A stretch of 60,089 nucleotides of DNA from a virus (IMGVR_UViG_3300028706_000329:1-60089), one strand, 5' to 3'; numbered from the stretch's first letter, positions 9,417 to 19,989 are shown. Notes: generated from the sequence alone by a model not told the origin. Translations and numbers: made by a program.

Positions 9417-10451
9417 ATGCCAGTAACAGGAAGTGGAGAAATAAAATTACGTGCTGATGTTAATAATGAAATAGAAGGCAATAATACTGATACTAATGTT
9501 AGTTTAAGAACTTTATCAGCTTCAGCAGGCGAGAGTGTGCCTGACGCTTTAAGTGAATTTTATGGTTATAGTAATACTACTTATTTAGAGTTTCTTATAA
9601 TTGCAGGGGGTGGTGGTGCTGGTGCTGCCCACGGTGGTGGTGGTGGTGCTGGTGGACTTCGTAATTCTACAAGCACATCAGGTGGAGGCGGTTCAGCAGA
9701 AACCGCAATAACTTTAGTAGCAAGTAGAACATATAATATTACTATTGGCGGTGGTGGAGCAGGAGCAGGAGGCTACAACCAATCACCAGCAAATGGTGTT
9801 GATTCTTCAATAGCAGCAGTAGCTTTAGCAACCTTGACTTCCACTGGCGGTGGTGCTGGGGGTGGTGGAACAACAACACCTAGTGCTAATAGTGGAGGTT
9901 CAGGTGGTGGTGGACCTGGATTTAACGGTAGAGGTACTGCTGGAGCAGGTACAACAAATCAAGGATATGCAGGTGGAACTTATAGTGGTGGAGTAGATTA
10001 TAAAGGTGCTGGTGGTGGCGGTGGTGCTGGTGCTGCTGGAAGTGGTGGCGGTGCTCAAAATGCGGGTTATAATGGAGGTGCAGGTTTAGCTGTTTCAATT
10101 ACTGGCGCATCAGTAACATACGCTGGTGGTGGTGGTGGTGGTTCTTCAAATAGTGCATCTTCTTCAGGTGGTTCAGGTGGTTCAGGTGGAGGTGGAGCAG
10201 GTGCTGCTAATATGGGTTCTGCAGGAGCAGGGACTGCAAACCTTGGTGCTGGTGGAGGTGGCGGTGGTGGTCAAGCAGGGGTCGGTTTTTCAAATGGGGG
10301 CGCTGGAGGTTCTGGAATAGTAATATTAAGATTATTAACATCAGCGTATTCAGGAACAACAACAGGTTCACCAACGGTTACAGCCTATGGTTCAGGAGCA
10401 ACTGCACTTACAGTATTAAAGTTTACAGGTAGTGGAACTTATGTACATTAA
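9417..10451 (+). CDS. Glycine-rich domain virion/fibre protein
   Basis: FLIIAGGGG...GGGGAGG...GGSGIVILR architecture. Confidence 0.85.
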   Translation: MPVTGSGEIKLRADVNNEIEGNNTDTNVSLRTLSASAGESVPDALSEFYGYSNTTYLEFLIIAGGGGAGAAHGGGGGAGGLRNSTSTSGGGGSAETAITLVASRTYNITIGGGGAGAGGYNQSPANGVDSSIAAVALATLTSTGGGAGGGGTTTPSANSGGSGGGGPGFNGRGTAGAGTTNQGYAGGTYSGGVDYKGAGGGGGAGAAGSGGGAQNAGYNGGAGLAVSITGASVTYAGGGGGGSSNSASSSGGSGGSGGGGAGAANMGSAGAGTANLGAGGGGGGGQAGVGFSNGGAGGSGIVILRLLTSAYSGTTTGSPTVTAYGSGATALTVLKFTGSGTYVH

Positions 10452-10473
10452 AAATATATAAACAATAAATAAA

Positions 10474-11871
10474 ATGGCAACAACAAAAGTAACAGCTAAC
10501 GTATTAGCGGATAATTCAATAACACAAGCAAAGCTTGCAGACGATGCGATTGGAGCAGCAGAATTAGCAGCCAACGCAGTAGTCAATGCTTCTATAGCAT
10601 CTGGAGCAGCTATAGATATGGATAAGCTTGATGGTGATTCACTTGCAGCGGCTATAACTGACTTTGCACAAGACGATCTTGTAATACTATCAGATACATC
10701 AGATTCAGGTAATCTTAAATCAATGACAGCTTCTAATTTAGAAGATGCAATATTTGGTAATATAAGTGGTGATGTTACTTTAGCAGCAGGTGGAGCAGCT
10801 ACAGCAGCAGCAGCACAAACTAATATTACATCTTTATTAGCAACAGATATAAAGATAGGAGAGGACGATCAAACAAAAATAGACTTTGAAACAGTTGATA
10901 CAATTAATTTTTATGCAGGCAATGAAAAACAACTAATACTTACTGATGGTGCTTTAACACCGGGCAGTAATGCTATTGTAGATTTAGGTACTGACGCATT
11001 GGAATTTAAGGATGCATATTTTGATGGTACCGTGGAAGCAGACGCTATTACAATAGCTGGAGTAACTTTAGCAGAAACAATTGCTGATACTGTGGGGGCT
11101 ATGGTAACTAGTAATACAGAAACAGGTATTGCTGTTACATACGATGATAGCGACAATACACTGGATTTTGTATTAGGGACAATAACTAGTCTTGGTACAA
11201 TCAGTACTGGTGTTTGGCAAGGAACGGCAATTGCCTCTACATATATAGCTGCAGACGCAATTACAGGTGCAAAAATTGCTGATGATGCGATAGATTCAGA
11301 ACATTATACAGACGGTTCAATTGATAATGCACATTTAGCTGATGACGCAGTAAACAGTGATGAAATAGCAGCAGGAGCAATAGATTTAGCTCACATGTCA
11401 GTAAACTCTATAGATAGCGATCAATATGTTGATGGTTCTATTGATCTAGCGCACATGAGTGTTAATTCAATTGATTCTGATCAATATGTAGACGGAAGTA
11501 TTGATAACGCACATATTGCAGATAATGCGATAAATTATGAAAAAATTGATGATGAATTTACAACGGTTGATGCTTTAAGTGCAGCAAGTACAGTGGCTGT
11601 AGATTTCGATGCAGCACAAGTATTTACACTTACACCAAATGCAAATACAACATTAAATATAACAAACCCAAAAATTGGTGTTACTAAAACAGTAATAATG
11701 ACTGGATCAGGAGGAAGTAGAACTTTAGCTTTTCAAGTAGGTGGTAGTTCAGGTACATTTAATAAAATAGCAGGTGATTATGATGACACTTCAAGTAAAA
11801 AGAATTTAATTTCAATAACATGTGTTGCTGCTACAGAGTTTTGGTATGCAATAAATCAAATAGCTTCATAA
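10474..11871 (+). CDS. Tail fibre protein with 10-residue repeats
   Basis: AITGAKIADD/SIDLAHMSVN/SIDSDQYVDG repeats; shares a module with 5608..9402. Confidence 0.85.
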   Translation: MATTKVTANVLADNSITQAKLADDAIGAAELAANAVVNASIASGAAIDMDKLDGDSLAAAITDFAQDDLVILSDTSDSGNLKSMTASNLEDAIFGNISGDVTLAAGGAATAAAAQTNITSLLATDIKIGEDDQTKIDFETVDTINFYAGNEKQLILTDGALTPGSNAIVDLGTDALEFKDAYFDGTVEADAITIAGVTLAETIADTVGAMVTSNTETGIAVTYDDSDNTLDFVLGTITSLGTISTGVWQGTAIASTYIAADAITGAKIADDAIDSEHYTDGSIDNAHLADDAVNSDEIAAGAIDLAHMSVNSIDSDQYVDGSIDLAHMSVNSIDSDQYVDGSIDNAHIADNAINYEKIDDEFTTVDALSAASTVAVDFDAAQVFTLTPNANTTLNITNPKIGVTKTVIMTGSGGSRTLAFQVGGSSGTFNKIAGDYDDTSSKKNLISITCVAATEFWYAINQIAS

Positions 11872-11872
11872 T

Positions 11873-13624
11873 ATGTTTGGACAAGGTTTTAATTTAGGTG
11901 TATTATCCGCAGTTGAAGCAATAGCAGATTTTCTTGTAATTGCAGGAGCCGGTGGTGGAGGTGCAGATGTTGGAGGAGCAGGTGGTGCAGGTGGACTGCG
12001 TACATCTTATGGTGCTACAAGTGGTGGTGGTGGAAGTAATGAAGAACAAATAACATTAACAGACGCAACAACTTATACCTTTACAGTAGGTGCAGGTGGT
12101 GCAGCCGCTACCGGTGCTGGTCAAATAGGAAACAGCGGTGTTAATTCATCTCTTGCCGCATCAGGTATAACTACAATTACTTCTACAGGAGGAGGAGGAG
12201 GTGGTGCTACTAATGATAATGGTCTTACTGGAGGTTCAGGAGGAGGTTCAGGTAGGACTGGTTCAGCAGGTGCAGGCACATCAAATCAAGGTTATGCGGG
12301 GGGAATAGGTTCACAAAGTAATGGTTTTACTGATACAGGAGGTGGTGGAGGTGGTGCCTCTGCTGTAGGTAGTAATGGAACTACTTCTAATGCTGGAGCT
12401 GGTGGTTCAGGATTGGCTATAAGTATAACGGGTTCATCAGTGGCATACGCTGGTGGAGGTGGAGGAGGTGCTTATAATGCTTATGCAGGTGTTGCTGGTT
12501 CTGGTGGTGGTGGTGCTGGAGGTTCAGGTGGTGGTGGTGCTGGAACAGCTGGAACAACAAATCTTGGAGCTGGTGGTGGTGGTGCTGGAGCCGCAGGTGG
12601 TGATGGTGGAGCTGGAGGTTCAGGAGTAATTGTATTTAGATTACCAACTTCTTTGTATGATGGAACACTAACTGGTTCACCAACAGTTACAACAGATGGT
12701 TCACATACAATATTAAAATATACAGGAAGTGGAACTTATGCTCACGGAATCTTCACTTATTCTGCTGACTTTTTAGTCGTTGCTGGTGGTGGAGGTGGTG
12801 GTAATTACTCTTGGGGTGCTGGTGGTGGTGCAGGAGGATTAAGAACATCTTATGGTTCAACATCAGGAGGTGGTGCATCTGCTGAAAGTTCAATAACATT
12901 AACTGAAGATACAGTTTATACAATAACAGTTGGTGCAGCTAACGCTAACGCTAATGGTGCAGATTCATCATTAGCAGGTACAGGTCTAACAACAATTACT
13001 TCTGTTGGAGGTGGTCGTGGTGGTTACGGTCTTGGTGCTGGAACAGCTGGTTCAACAGGTGGTTCAGGTGGTGGTACTGGAGGAACAGATACAAATGCAG
13101 GTGGTGCAGGTACATCTAATCAAGGTTATGCAGGTGGTGCAGGTACAGGTGATACAGGTCAATCTGCAGGTGGTGGGGGTGGAGCAAGTGCTGTTGGTAC
13201 TGATGCTGCTGCTAATTCATCAGGTAATGGAGGTGCAGGAGTAGCTGTTTCAATAACAGGTTCTTCAGTAGCCTATGCCGGTGGAGGTGGTGGAGGAGTT
13301 GGTCGTGGTGATTTAACATCTGAAACAGGTGGAACTGGTGGTTCAAGTATTGGTGGAACTGGTGGTAGAAACACATATTATGGAGGTAGTAACAGTGTAA
13401 ACCCAACTACAGGAGCAGTAAATACAGGTTCAGGTGGTGGTGGAGGAAACGGAAGTAGTAACAGTCAAAATTCTGCAGGAGGAGCGGCAGGTGGTTCAGG
13501 TATTGTAATATTAAGAGTACTAACTGCAAAATATAGTGGAACTACAACAGGAAGTCCTACAGTAACAACATCAGGTAATGATACAATAATAAAATTCACA
13601 GGAAGTGGAACATATACAGCGTAA
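11873..13624 (+). CDS. Protein with two tandem glycine-rich domains
   Basis: Two copies of ADFLV.AG.GGG...GGSG.V..R...GSPTVTT.G..TI.K.TGSGTY. Confidence 0.85.
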   Translation: MFGQGFNLGVLSAVEAIADFLVIAGAGGGGADVGGAGGAGGLRTSYGATSGGGGSNEEQITLTDATTYTFTVGAGGAAATGAGQIGNSGVNSSLAASGITTITSTGGGGGGATNDNGLTGGSGGGSGRTGSAGAGTSNQGYAGGIGSQSNGFTDTGGGGGGASAVGSNGTTSNAGAGGSGLAISITGSSVAYAGGGGGGAYNAYAGVAGSGGGGAGGSGGGGAGTAGTTNLGAGGGGAGAAGGDGGAGGSGVIVFRLPTSLYDGTLTGSPTVTTDGSHTILKYTGSGTYAHGIFTYSADFLVVAGGGGGGNYSWGAGGGAGGLRTSYGSTSGGGASAESSITLTEDTVYTITVGAANANANGADSSLAGTGLTTITSVGGGRGGYGLGAGTAGSTGGSGGGTGGTDTNAGGAGTSNQGYAGGAGTGDTGQSAGGGGGASAVGTDAAANSSGNGGAGVAVSITGSSVAYAGGGGGGVGRGDLTSETGGTGGSSIGGTGGRNTYYGGSNSVNPTTGAVNTGSGGGGGNGSSNSQNSAGGAAGGSGIVILRVLTAKYSGTTTGSPTVTTSGNDTIIKFTGSGTYTA

Positions 13625-13643
13625 TTAAAAATAAATAAATAAA

Positions 13644-14021
13644 ATGGCACATTTTGCAGAAATAAATGAAAATAACATAGTAACAAGAGTAATTGTAGTA
13701 AATAATAACGAACTGTTACATAACGAACAAGAATTAGAATTAAAAGGTATAGATTTTTGTGAAGGACTATATGGTCACAGAAACTGGGTTCAAACATCTT
13801 ATAATGGAAATATGAGATATAATTATGCAGGTCAAGGTTATACTTATGATGAAGATAATGATGCTTTTTATGCACCACAACCTTATGCAAGTTGGTTATT
13901 AGATGAAGATTATAAGTGGGAAGCACCCGTACCTTATCCAGAAGATACATCAGATGATAAAGTATATGCTTGGGATGAAGAAAACCAAGAATGGAAAGTA
14001 GTTGAAATTACTATTGAATAA
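13644..14021 (+). CDS. Tail fibre-associated (assembly-like) protein
   Basis: MAHFAEI...WVQTSYN...P.P...Y.WDE....W; a type that often follows glycine-rich fibre genes. Confidence 0.75.
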   Translation: MAHFAEINENNIVTRVIVVNNNELLHNEQELELKGIDFCEGLYGHRNWVQTSYNGNMRYNYAGQGYTYDEDNDAFYAPQPYASWLLDEDYKWEAPVPYPEDTSDDKVYAWDEENQEWKVVEITIE

Positions 14022-14055
14022 TAAATTAAGTTAAATTAAATTAAATAAATAAATT

Positions 14056-14322
14056 ATGAGTAAAAAAACAAAGAAAATAACAGATAAAGAGCTTGGGGAT
14101 TTGCAAGCCAAAATAAGTATACTTACTGATTTACAATATAAAATAGGTGCTTCAGAAGTAGAAAAAAATAATTTACTACAATCTTATAGTGTGGCTAAAC
14201 TAAATTTACGCGATATGCAAGGAGAATTAAAAGATAAATATGGGCATGTTAGTATAGATATAAAGGGTGGTGATATTACAGAAATAAAAGAGGCAGATGA
14301 GCAAGCTGATAAGAAAGATTAG
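14056..14322 (+). CDS. Hypothetical coiled-coil protein
   Basis: 88-aa ORF ending LKDKYG.V.IDI..G.I. Confidence 0.75.
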   Translation: MSKKTKKITDKELGDLQAKISILTDLQYKIGASEVEKNNLLQSYSVAKLNLRDMQGELKDKYGHVSIDIKGGDITEIKEADEQADKKD

Positions 14323-14518
14323 TATTGGTAAAGACTATAAAACCGACGCTATGCACTATGCTGTAGGTCAAGAAGTATACGGAGGGCATATAATATGTGA
14401 TATATTAGAAGAAGAAAATAAATTCTGCATATACATTAAAAAAAATAATGATATATTACCATGGAAAGATTTTAATAAAAACATGGGAATATCTGTAGAA
14501 TACAATCTTGAATACTAA
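14297..14518 (+). CDS. Hypothetical protein
   Basis: 73-aa ORF overlapping both neighbours (coupled operon). Confidence 0.75.
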   Translation: MSKLIRKISIGKDYKTDAMHYAVGQEVYGGHIICDILEEENKFCIYIKKNNDILPWKDFNKNMGISVEYNLEY

Positions 14519-15105
14519 TGAAACCAACACATACTTTTTTAATAACACCAAAAAAAGAAAGATACGACAATATTAAAAAGGTCAATGATACAGAGTTAAT
14601 ATTAAATTCTGGTATAACTGATCATAAATTTGTAAGTCGTGAAGCTGTAATACATGAAACACCAATAATAGATGGCAAGCATTTTACTAGAGGCACTGAG
14701 CTTTATGTGCATCATAACATATTTCGCCGTTGGCATGACGTTAGAGGTATTGAAAAAAACAGCAAAAGTTATTTTAAAGATAATCTATATTTTTGTGAAC
14801 TCGATCAAATCTTCCTTTATAAACACGAAGGCAGCTGGAAAGCAAATCAAGGCTACTGTTTTATAAAACCATTAGCGAGCGAGGATAAGTTCTCTACTAA
14901 TAAAGAAAAACCTTTAATGGGTATTGTTAAGCACACCGATGATTCAGGTTTATTAACAATAGGTGAGAAGATAGGTTTTACCCCGGATAGTGAATACGAG
15001 TTTATAATAAACGGTGAAAGATTATACAGGGTAATGACAAAGGAAATTTCAATTAAATATGAATATAAAAAAGAAGAAAGAGAGTATAATCCAAGCTGGT
15101 TATAG
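14518..15105 (+). CDS. Possible tandem GroES-like (Cpn10-like) protein
   Basis: Two halves with F(L/I).P...(A/G)(V/I)...G....(Y/F)...(Y/F) pattern reminiscent of Cpn10. Confidence 0.5.
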   Translation: MKPTHTFLITPKKERYDNIKKVNDTELILNSGITDHKFVSREAVIHETPIIDGKHFTRGTELYVHHNIFRRWHDVRGIEKNSKSYFKDNLYFCELDQIFLYKHEGSWKANQGYCFIKPLASEDKFSTNKEKPLMGIVKHTDDSGLLTIGEKIGFTPDSEYEFIINGERLYRVMTKEISIKYEYKKEEREYNPSWL

Positions 15106-15331
15106 AGCTGTTGATGAATTAGTAAAAGTAGCAAAAGAACCAATTGTAGAAACTGATGATGATGTATCTGCGGATAGATTAAAAAATGCAGCCGCTACAA
15201 AAAAGCTAGCTATATTCGATGCTCTTGAGATTTTAAATAGAATAGAACAAGAACAAGCTATTTTAGAAAACAAACCTATACAAGATGAAACAAAAGCATT
15301 TAGTGGGTTTGCTGAAAAAAGATCTAAATAA
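15059..15331 (+). CDS. Possible terminase small subunit
   Basis: Small helical protein directly upstream of and coupled to TerL; call is positional. Confidence 0.5.
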   Translation: MNIKKKKESIIQAGYRAVDELVKVAKEPIVETDDDVSADRLKNAAATKKLAIFDALEILNRIEQEQAILENKPIQDETKAFSGFAEKRSK

Positions 15332-17550
15332 TGAGTTACCAACAAACATTATATAAGATTATTGAACCTATTAAACGAACAACGATACATAGGCTAAATA
15401 AAAAGAAAGCTTGGGAATATGGTTATAACAAAGAACATGATGTGATTGTTATAAGCAAGACTGGTAGGATTGGTGAAGTATATGAAATACAAAACTTAAA
15501 GATTGCATTACCGGAAGTAAAAGAAGTGTATAGCAAACATGATAAGTGGACACCACATGAATACCCTAGAGAATTAAAAAATATCAAAACAATATTTGAC
15601 TGGGAAAGATATCCTGCTCAATTTAAAGATGAATGGCATACGTACATTAATAGAGAATTTACAAGAAGGGAAGAAGGTTTTTGGTTTAATAACAAAGGCA
15701 ACGACACTTATATCACTGGCTCTCATTACAATTACTTGCAGTGGTCCAAGATTGATGTTGGGAAGCCAGACTTTCGAGAAGCAAACAGATTATTCTTTAT
15801 TTTCTGGGAGGCATGCAAGGCAGATACAAGATGCTATGGAATATGCTACCTTAAGAATAGACGGTCTGGATTTAGCTTCATGTCAAGCAGCGAGACAGTT
15901 AATCAAGCTACACTCACTTCAGATGCTAGATTCGGAATCTTATCGAAGACTGGTAGCGATGCAAAGAAGATGTTTACCGACAAGGTCGTCCCAATTTCAT
16001 TACACTACCCATTCTTCTTTAAGCCAATACAAGACGGGATGGACCGTCCCAAGACAGAGCTTGCCTACCGTGTCCCAGCATCCAAACTCACAAGGAAGTC
16101 CATCACCAGTACAACCAACGCCTCCAAAGGGAAAGACCTCGACGGGCTCGATACAACGATAGACTGGAAAAACACAGGGGACAACTCATATGATGGTGAA
16201 AAGTTAAAATTACTTGTTCACGATGAATCTGGTAAATGGGAAAGACCAGATAATATATTAAACAATTGGCGTGTTACAAAAACAACGTTGAGATTAGGAA
16301 GCAGGATTATAGGAAAATGTATGATGGGATCCACCTCAAACTCTTTAGACAAAGGTGGTGATAACTTTAAAAAATTATATAATGGCTCAGACGTTACAAA
16401 AAGAAACCGCAATGGACAGACTGGCTCTGGATTATATAGTTTGTTCATACCTATGGAATGGAACTACGAGGGATTCATTGATTCTTATGGATTACCTGTA
16501 TTCGACACACCCAAAGTTGCGGTTGAAGGACCCTATGGCGATAAAATCGATATTGGAATCATTGAGCATTGGGAAAATGAAGCAGATGGGCTAAAGAGTG
16601 ATTCTGATGGATTGAATGAATTTTATAGACAGTTTCCAAGAACAGAAGAACATGCGTTTAGAGATGAAACAAAAAATAGTATATTTAATTTACAAAAGAT
16701 ATACGAACAAATAGATTATAACGATGATACAAAATCATCTAATAGTGTTTCAAAAGGAAACTTTCAGTGGGAAAATGGTATTAAAGATTCAAGAGTGTTA
16801 TTTACACCTGATAGAAACGGAAGATTTAATATATCTTGGACACCAAGTATAAATCTACAAAACCACGTAATAAGTAAAAATAGAGCTAAATACCCTGGTA
16901 ATGAGCACATGGGTGCATTTGGCTGTGATAGCTACGATATATCCGGTACGACAGATGGTCAAGGATCTAAAGGAGCTTTACACGGATTAACTAAATTTAG
17001 TATGGAAGATGCACCTTCTAATACTTTTTTTCTAGAGTATATAGCTCGACCACAAACAGCAGAGATATTTTTTGAAGATGTGTTAATGGCATTAGTATTT
17101 TACGGTATGCCACTTCTTGCAGAGAATAATAAACCAAGACTTTTGTATTATTTAAAAAGAAGAGGATATAGAGGTTACTCAATGAATAGACCAGATAAAA
17201 CCGCAAACAAATTATCTGTAGCAGAAAGAGAAATAGGTGGTATACCTAATTCATCAGAAGACATAAAACAAATACATGCTGCAGCAATTGAATCATATAT
17301 TGATAAATATGTAGGATTACAGGAAGATGGAAACTACGGTAATATATATTTTAACACAACATTGAATGATTGGTCTAAGTTTAATATAAACAACAGGACT
17401 AAACATGATGCAGCTATAAGTTCAGGACTTGCAATTATTGCGAACAACAGACACTTATACGAACCAAAACAACAAAGACAAATAAAAACATTGGACTTTG
17501 GATTTAAAAAATACAACAATCAAGGAAACATTTCAAAAATATTAAAATAA
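15331..17550 (+). CDS. terL: Terminase large subunit
   Basis: Walker A-like LKNRRSGFS, Walker B LLVHDESGK, motif III GST, nuclease GCDSYD and HDA. Confidence 0.92.
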   Translation: MSYQQTLYKIIEPIKRTTIHRLNKKKAWEYGYNKEHDVIVISKTGRIGEVYEIQNLKIALPEVKEVYSKHDKWTPHEYPRELKNIKTIFDWERYPAQFKDEWHTYINREFTRREEGFWFNNKGNDTYITGSHYNYLQWSKIDVGKPDFREANRLFFIFWEACKADTRCYGICYLKNRRSGFSFMSSSETVNQATLTSDARFGILSKTGSDAKKMFTDKVVPISLHYPFFFKPIQDGMDRPKTELAYRVPASKLTRKSITSTTNASKGKDLDGLDTTIDWKNTGDNSYDGEKLKLLVHDESGKWERPDNILNNWRVTKTTLRLGSRIIGKCMMGSTSNSLDKGGDNFKKLYNGSDVTKRNRNGQTGSGLYSLFIPMEWNYEGFIDSYGLPVFDTPKVAVEGPYGDKIDIGIIEHWENEADGLKSDSDGLNEFYRQFPRTEEHAFRDETKNSIFNLQKIYEQIDYNDDTKSSNSVSKGNFQWENGIKDSRVLFTPDRNGRFNISWTPSINLQNHVISKNRAKYPGNEHMGAFGCDSYDISGTTDGQGSKGALHGLTKFSMEDAPSNTFFLEYIARPQTAEIFFEDVLMALVFYGMPLLAENNKPRLLYYLKRRGYRGYSMNRPDKTANKLSVAEREIGGIPNSSEDIKQIHAAAIESYIDKYVGLQEDGNYGNIYFNTTLNDWSKFNINNRTKHDAAISSGLAIIANNRHLYEPKQQRQIKTLDFGFKKYNNQGNISKILK

Positions 17551-19971
17551 ATGGATTCATCATCAACAGGCATATTCCCCTCACAAGCAGTCCCAAGCGA
17601 AGAAAAAGCAGGCAGATCCTATGGTTTAAGCGTTGCTAAAGCAATTGAATCTGAATGGTTTAAAAGAGATTCAGGGTCAACTAAATATTATGCTAATAGA
17701 GACAACTTTCATAGGCTGCGTTTATATGCAAGAGGAGAACAATCAATACAAAAGTATAAAGATGAATTATCTATAAACGGTGATTTATCATATTTAAATT
17801 TAGATTGGAAGCCAGTACCAATTATACCTAAGTTTGTAGATATAGTTGTTAATGGTATTCAAGAAAGAACATATGATATAAAAGCTTATTCACAAGATTC
17901 AGCTTCTATTAAAAAAAGAAGTGATTACGTGCAGGACATTGCTGAGGACATGATGATGAAAGAGTATAAAGATAATATTCAAAAAGAATTAGGCCTTGAC
18001 ACTTATAAAACAAATCAAAAAACATTACCTGAAAATGAAGAAGAGCTTCAGCTGCATATGCAATTAGAATATAAGGATTCTATAGAAATAGCAGAAGAAG
18101 AGGCTATAAATAATGTTTTTGATCATAATAAATATCATTTAATAAAGAAAAGATTAGACTACGATATTGTGACAATAGGTATGGCCGCTGTAAAAAACGA
18201 ATATACAACTTCAGAGGGTATAAATATAAAATATGTTGATCCATCAGATTTAGTTCATTCTTATACAGATTCACCTTACTTTGATGATATATACTATGTT
18301 GGTGAAATAAGAAGAGTATCTGTGGTGGACCTTAAAAAACAATATCCAGAATTAACAGACGAGGATATTAAAAAACATATTGAAAATCAAGGTAGCAGTA
18401 CTAAATTGTATAATAAAGCTTATCAAACAGCGGATTCAGAGGACAACGCATATGCTTATGTATTGTATTTTGAATATAAAACATACAAGGATCAAGTACA
18501 TAAAATAAAAGAAACATCCACAGGCGCGGAAAAATCAATTCAAAAAACAGACGCATTTAACCCCCCTAAAGATGAGAGATCAAGATTTAAAAAAGCTAAT
18601 AGAACAATTGAAGTAATATATGAAGGTACAAAAATTATTGGATCCGATATATTATTAAGATGGCAATTAGCTGAAAATATGACAAGACCAAAATCTAATA
18701 CGGTTAAAGCACAATTTAGTTACAATATGGTCGCGCCGAGAATGTATAAAGGTAAGGTTGAATCATTAGTTGGAAGAATGACTACATTCGCAGATATGGT
18801 TCAATTAACTCATTTAAAATTACAGCAGGTGTTATCAAGGATGGTTCCAGATGGTGTATTTTTAGATGCAGATGGTATAGCTGAAGTAGATTTAGGTAAT
18901 GGAACAAATTATAATCCACAAGAAGCTTTAAACATGTATTTCCAAACAGGATCTGTTATTGGTAGATCAATGACACAAGACGGGGACTTTAACAACGGAA
19001 GAGTACCAATACAGGAGTTGCAGAGTAGTAGTGGGGGAGCTAAAATACAAAGTTTAATAACATCTTATAACTATTATTTACAAATGATACGTGATGTTAC
19101 GGGGCTAAATGAAGCAAGAGATGGTTCAACACCTGATAAAAATGCTTTAGTAGGTTTACAAAAATTAGCAGCTGCAAATTCAAATACAGCGACAAGGCAT
19201 ATATTGCAGTCTGGTTTATATTTAACATTAAAAACCGCAGAAGCAATTTCTCTTAGAATATCTGATGTTTTAGAGTTTGGGCCAACAAAAAAATCTTTTG
19301 TGCAAAGTATAGGTAAATATAATGTTGCTGTATTAAATGAAATTAAAACTTTACAGCTCCACGATTTTGGAATATTTTTAGAGTTAGCTCCTGATGATGA
19401 AGAAAAACAAGTACTAGAGAATAATATTCAAATATCTTTACAAAAAGAACAAATAAATTTAGAAGATGCAATTGACGTGCGTGAGATTAAAAACCTTAAG
19501 CTTGCAAATCAGTTGTTAAAACTAAGAAGAAGGAAAAAATTTGAACAAGATAGAGTTGTGCAACAACAAAACATACAGATGCAAACGCAATCTAACGCTC
19601 AAGCTGCTCAAGCCGCCGCTCAAGCGGATGTTCAAAAACAACAAGCTATAACACAACAAAAATCTCAGTTGGCTCAAATTGAAAGCGAATTAGATATTAA
19701 AAAAATGGAAAGAGAGGCTGAGCTTAAAAAAGAATTGATGTTAAAAGAATTTGAATTAAATATGCAACTTAAAGATGCTGATTTAAATGTAATTAAAGAT
19801 AAAGAGAAGTATAAAGAAGATAGGAAAGATGATAGAACAAAAATACAAGCTTCTCAACAGTCTGAATTAATAGATCAAAGAAAAAATGATAAGCCACCAA
19901 AAAACTTTGAATCCACTATGGGATTTGATAATTTAGGTGGATTTGGCACAGAACAATTTGAGCCAAGATAA
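17551..19971 (+). CDS. Portal protein
   Basis: 806 aa right after TerL; PIIPKFVDIVVNG, IRDVTGLNEARDG, Gln-rich C-terminal coiled coil. Confidence 0.88.
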   Translation: MDSSSTGIFPSQAVPSEEKAGRSYGLSVAKAIESEWFKRDSGSTKYYANRDNFHRLRLYARGEQSIQKYKDELSINGDLSYLNLDWKPVPIIPKFVDIVVNGIQERTYDIKAYSQDSASIKKRSDYVQDIAEDMMMKEYKDNIQKELGLDTYKTNQKTLPENEEELQLHMQLEYKDSIEIAEEEAINNVFDHNKYHLIKKRLDYDIVTIGMAAVKNEYTTSEGINIKYVDPSDLVHSYTDSPYFDDIYYVGEIRRVSVVDLKKQYPELTDEDIKKHIENQGSSTKLYNKAYQTADSEDNAYAYVLYFEYKTYKDQVHKIKETSTGAEKSIQKTDAFNPPKDERSRFKKANRTIEVIYEGTKIIGSDILLRWQLAENMTRPKSNTVKAQFSYNMVAPRMYKGKVESLVGRMTTFADMVQLTHLKLQQVLSRMVPDGVFLDADGIAEVDLGNGTNYNPQEALNMYFQTGSVIGRSMTQDGDFNNGRVPIQELQSSSGGAKIQSLITSYNYYLQMIRDVTGLNEARDGSTPDKNALVGLQKLAAANSNTATRHILQSGLYLTLKTAEAISLRISDVLEFGPTKKSFVQSIGKYNVAVLNEIKTLQLHDFGIFLELAPDDEEKQVLENNIQISLQKEQINLEDAIDVREIKNLKLANQLLKLRRRKKFEQDRVVQQQNIQMQTQSNAQAAQAAAQADVQKQQAITQQKSQLAQIESELDIKKMEREAELKKELMLKEFELNMQLKDADLNVIKDKEKYKEDRKDDRTKIQASQQSELIDQRKNDKPPKNFESTMGFDNLGGFGTEQFEPR

Positions 19972-19989
19972 TAACTAAATAATAAAAAA

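Noticed and set aside
5608-13624. Diversity-generating retroelement or invertase shuffling of fibre repeats
   Set aside because: No reverse transcriptase or recombinase; repeat differences are mostly synonymous rather than adenine-specific.
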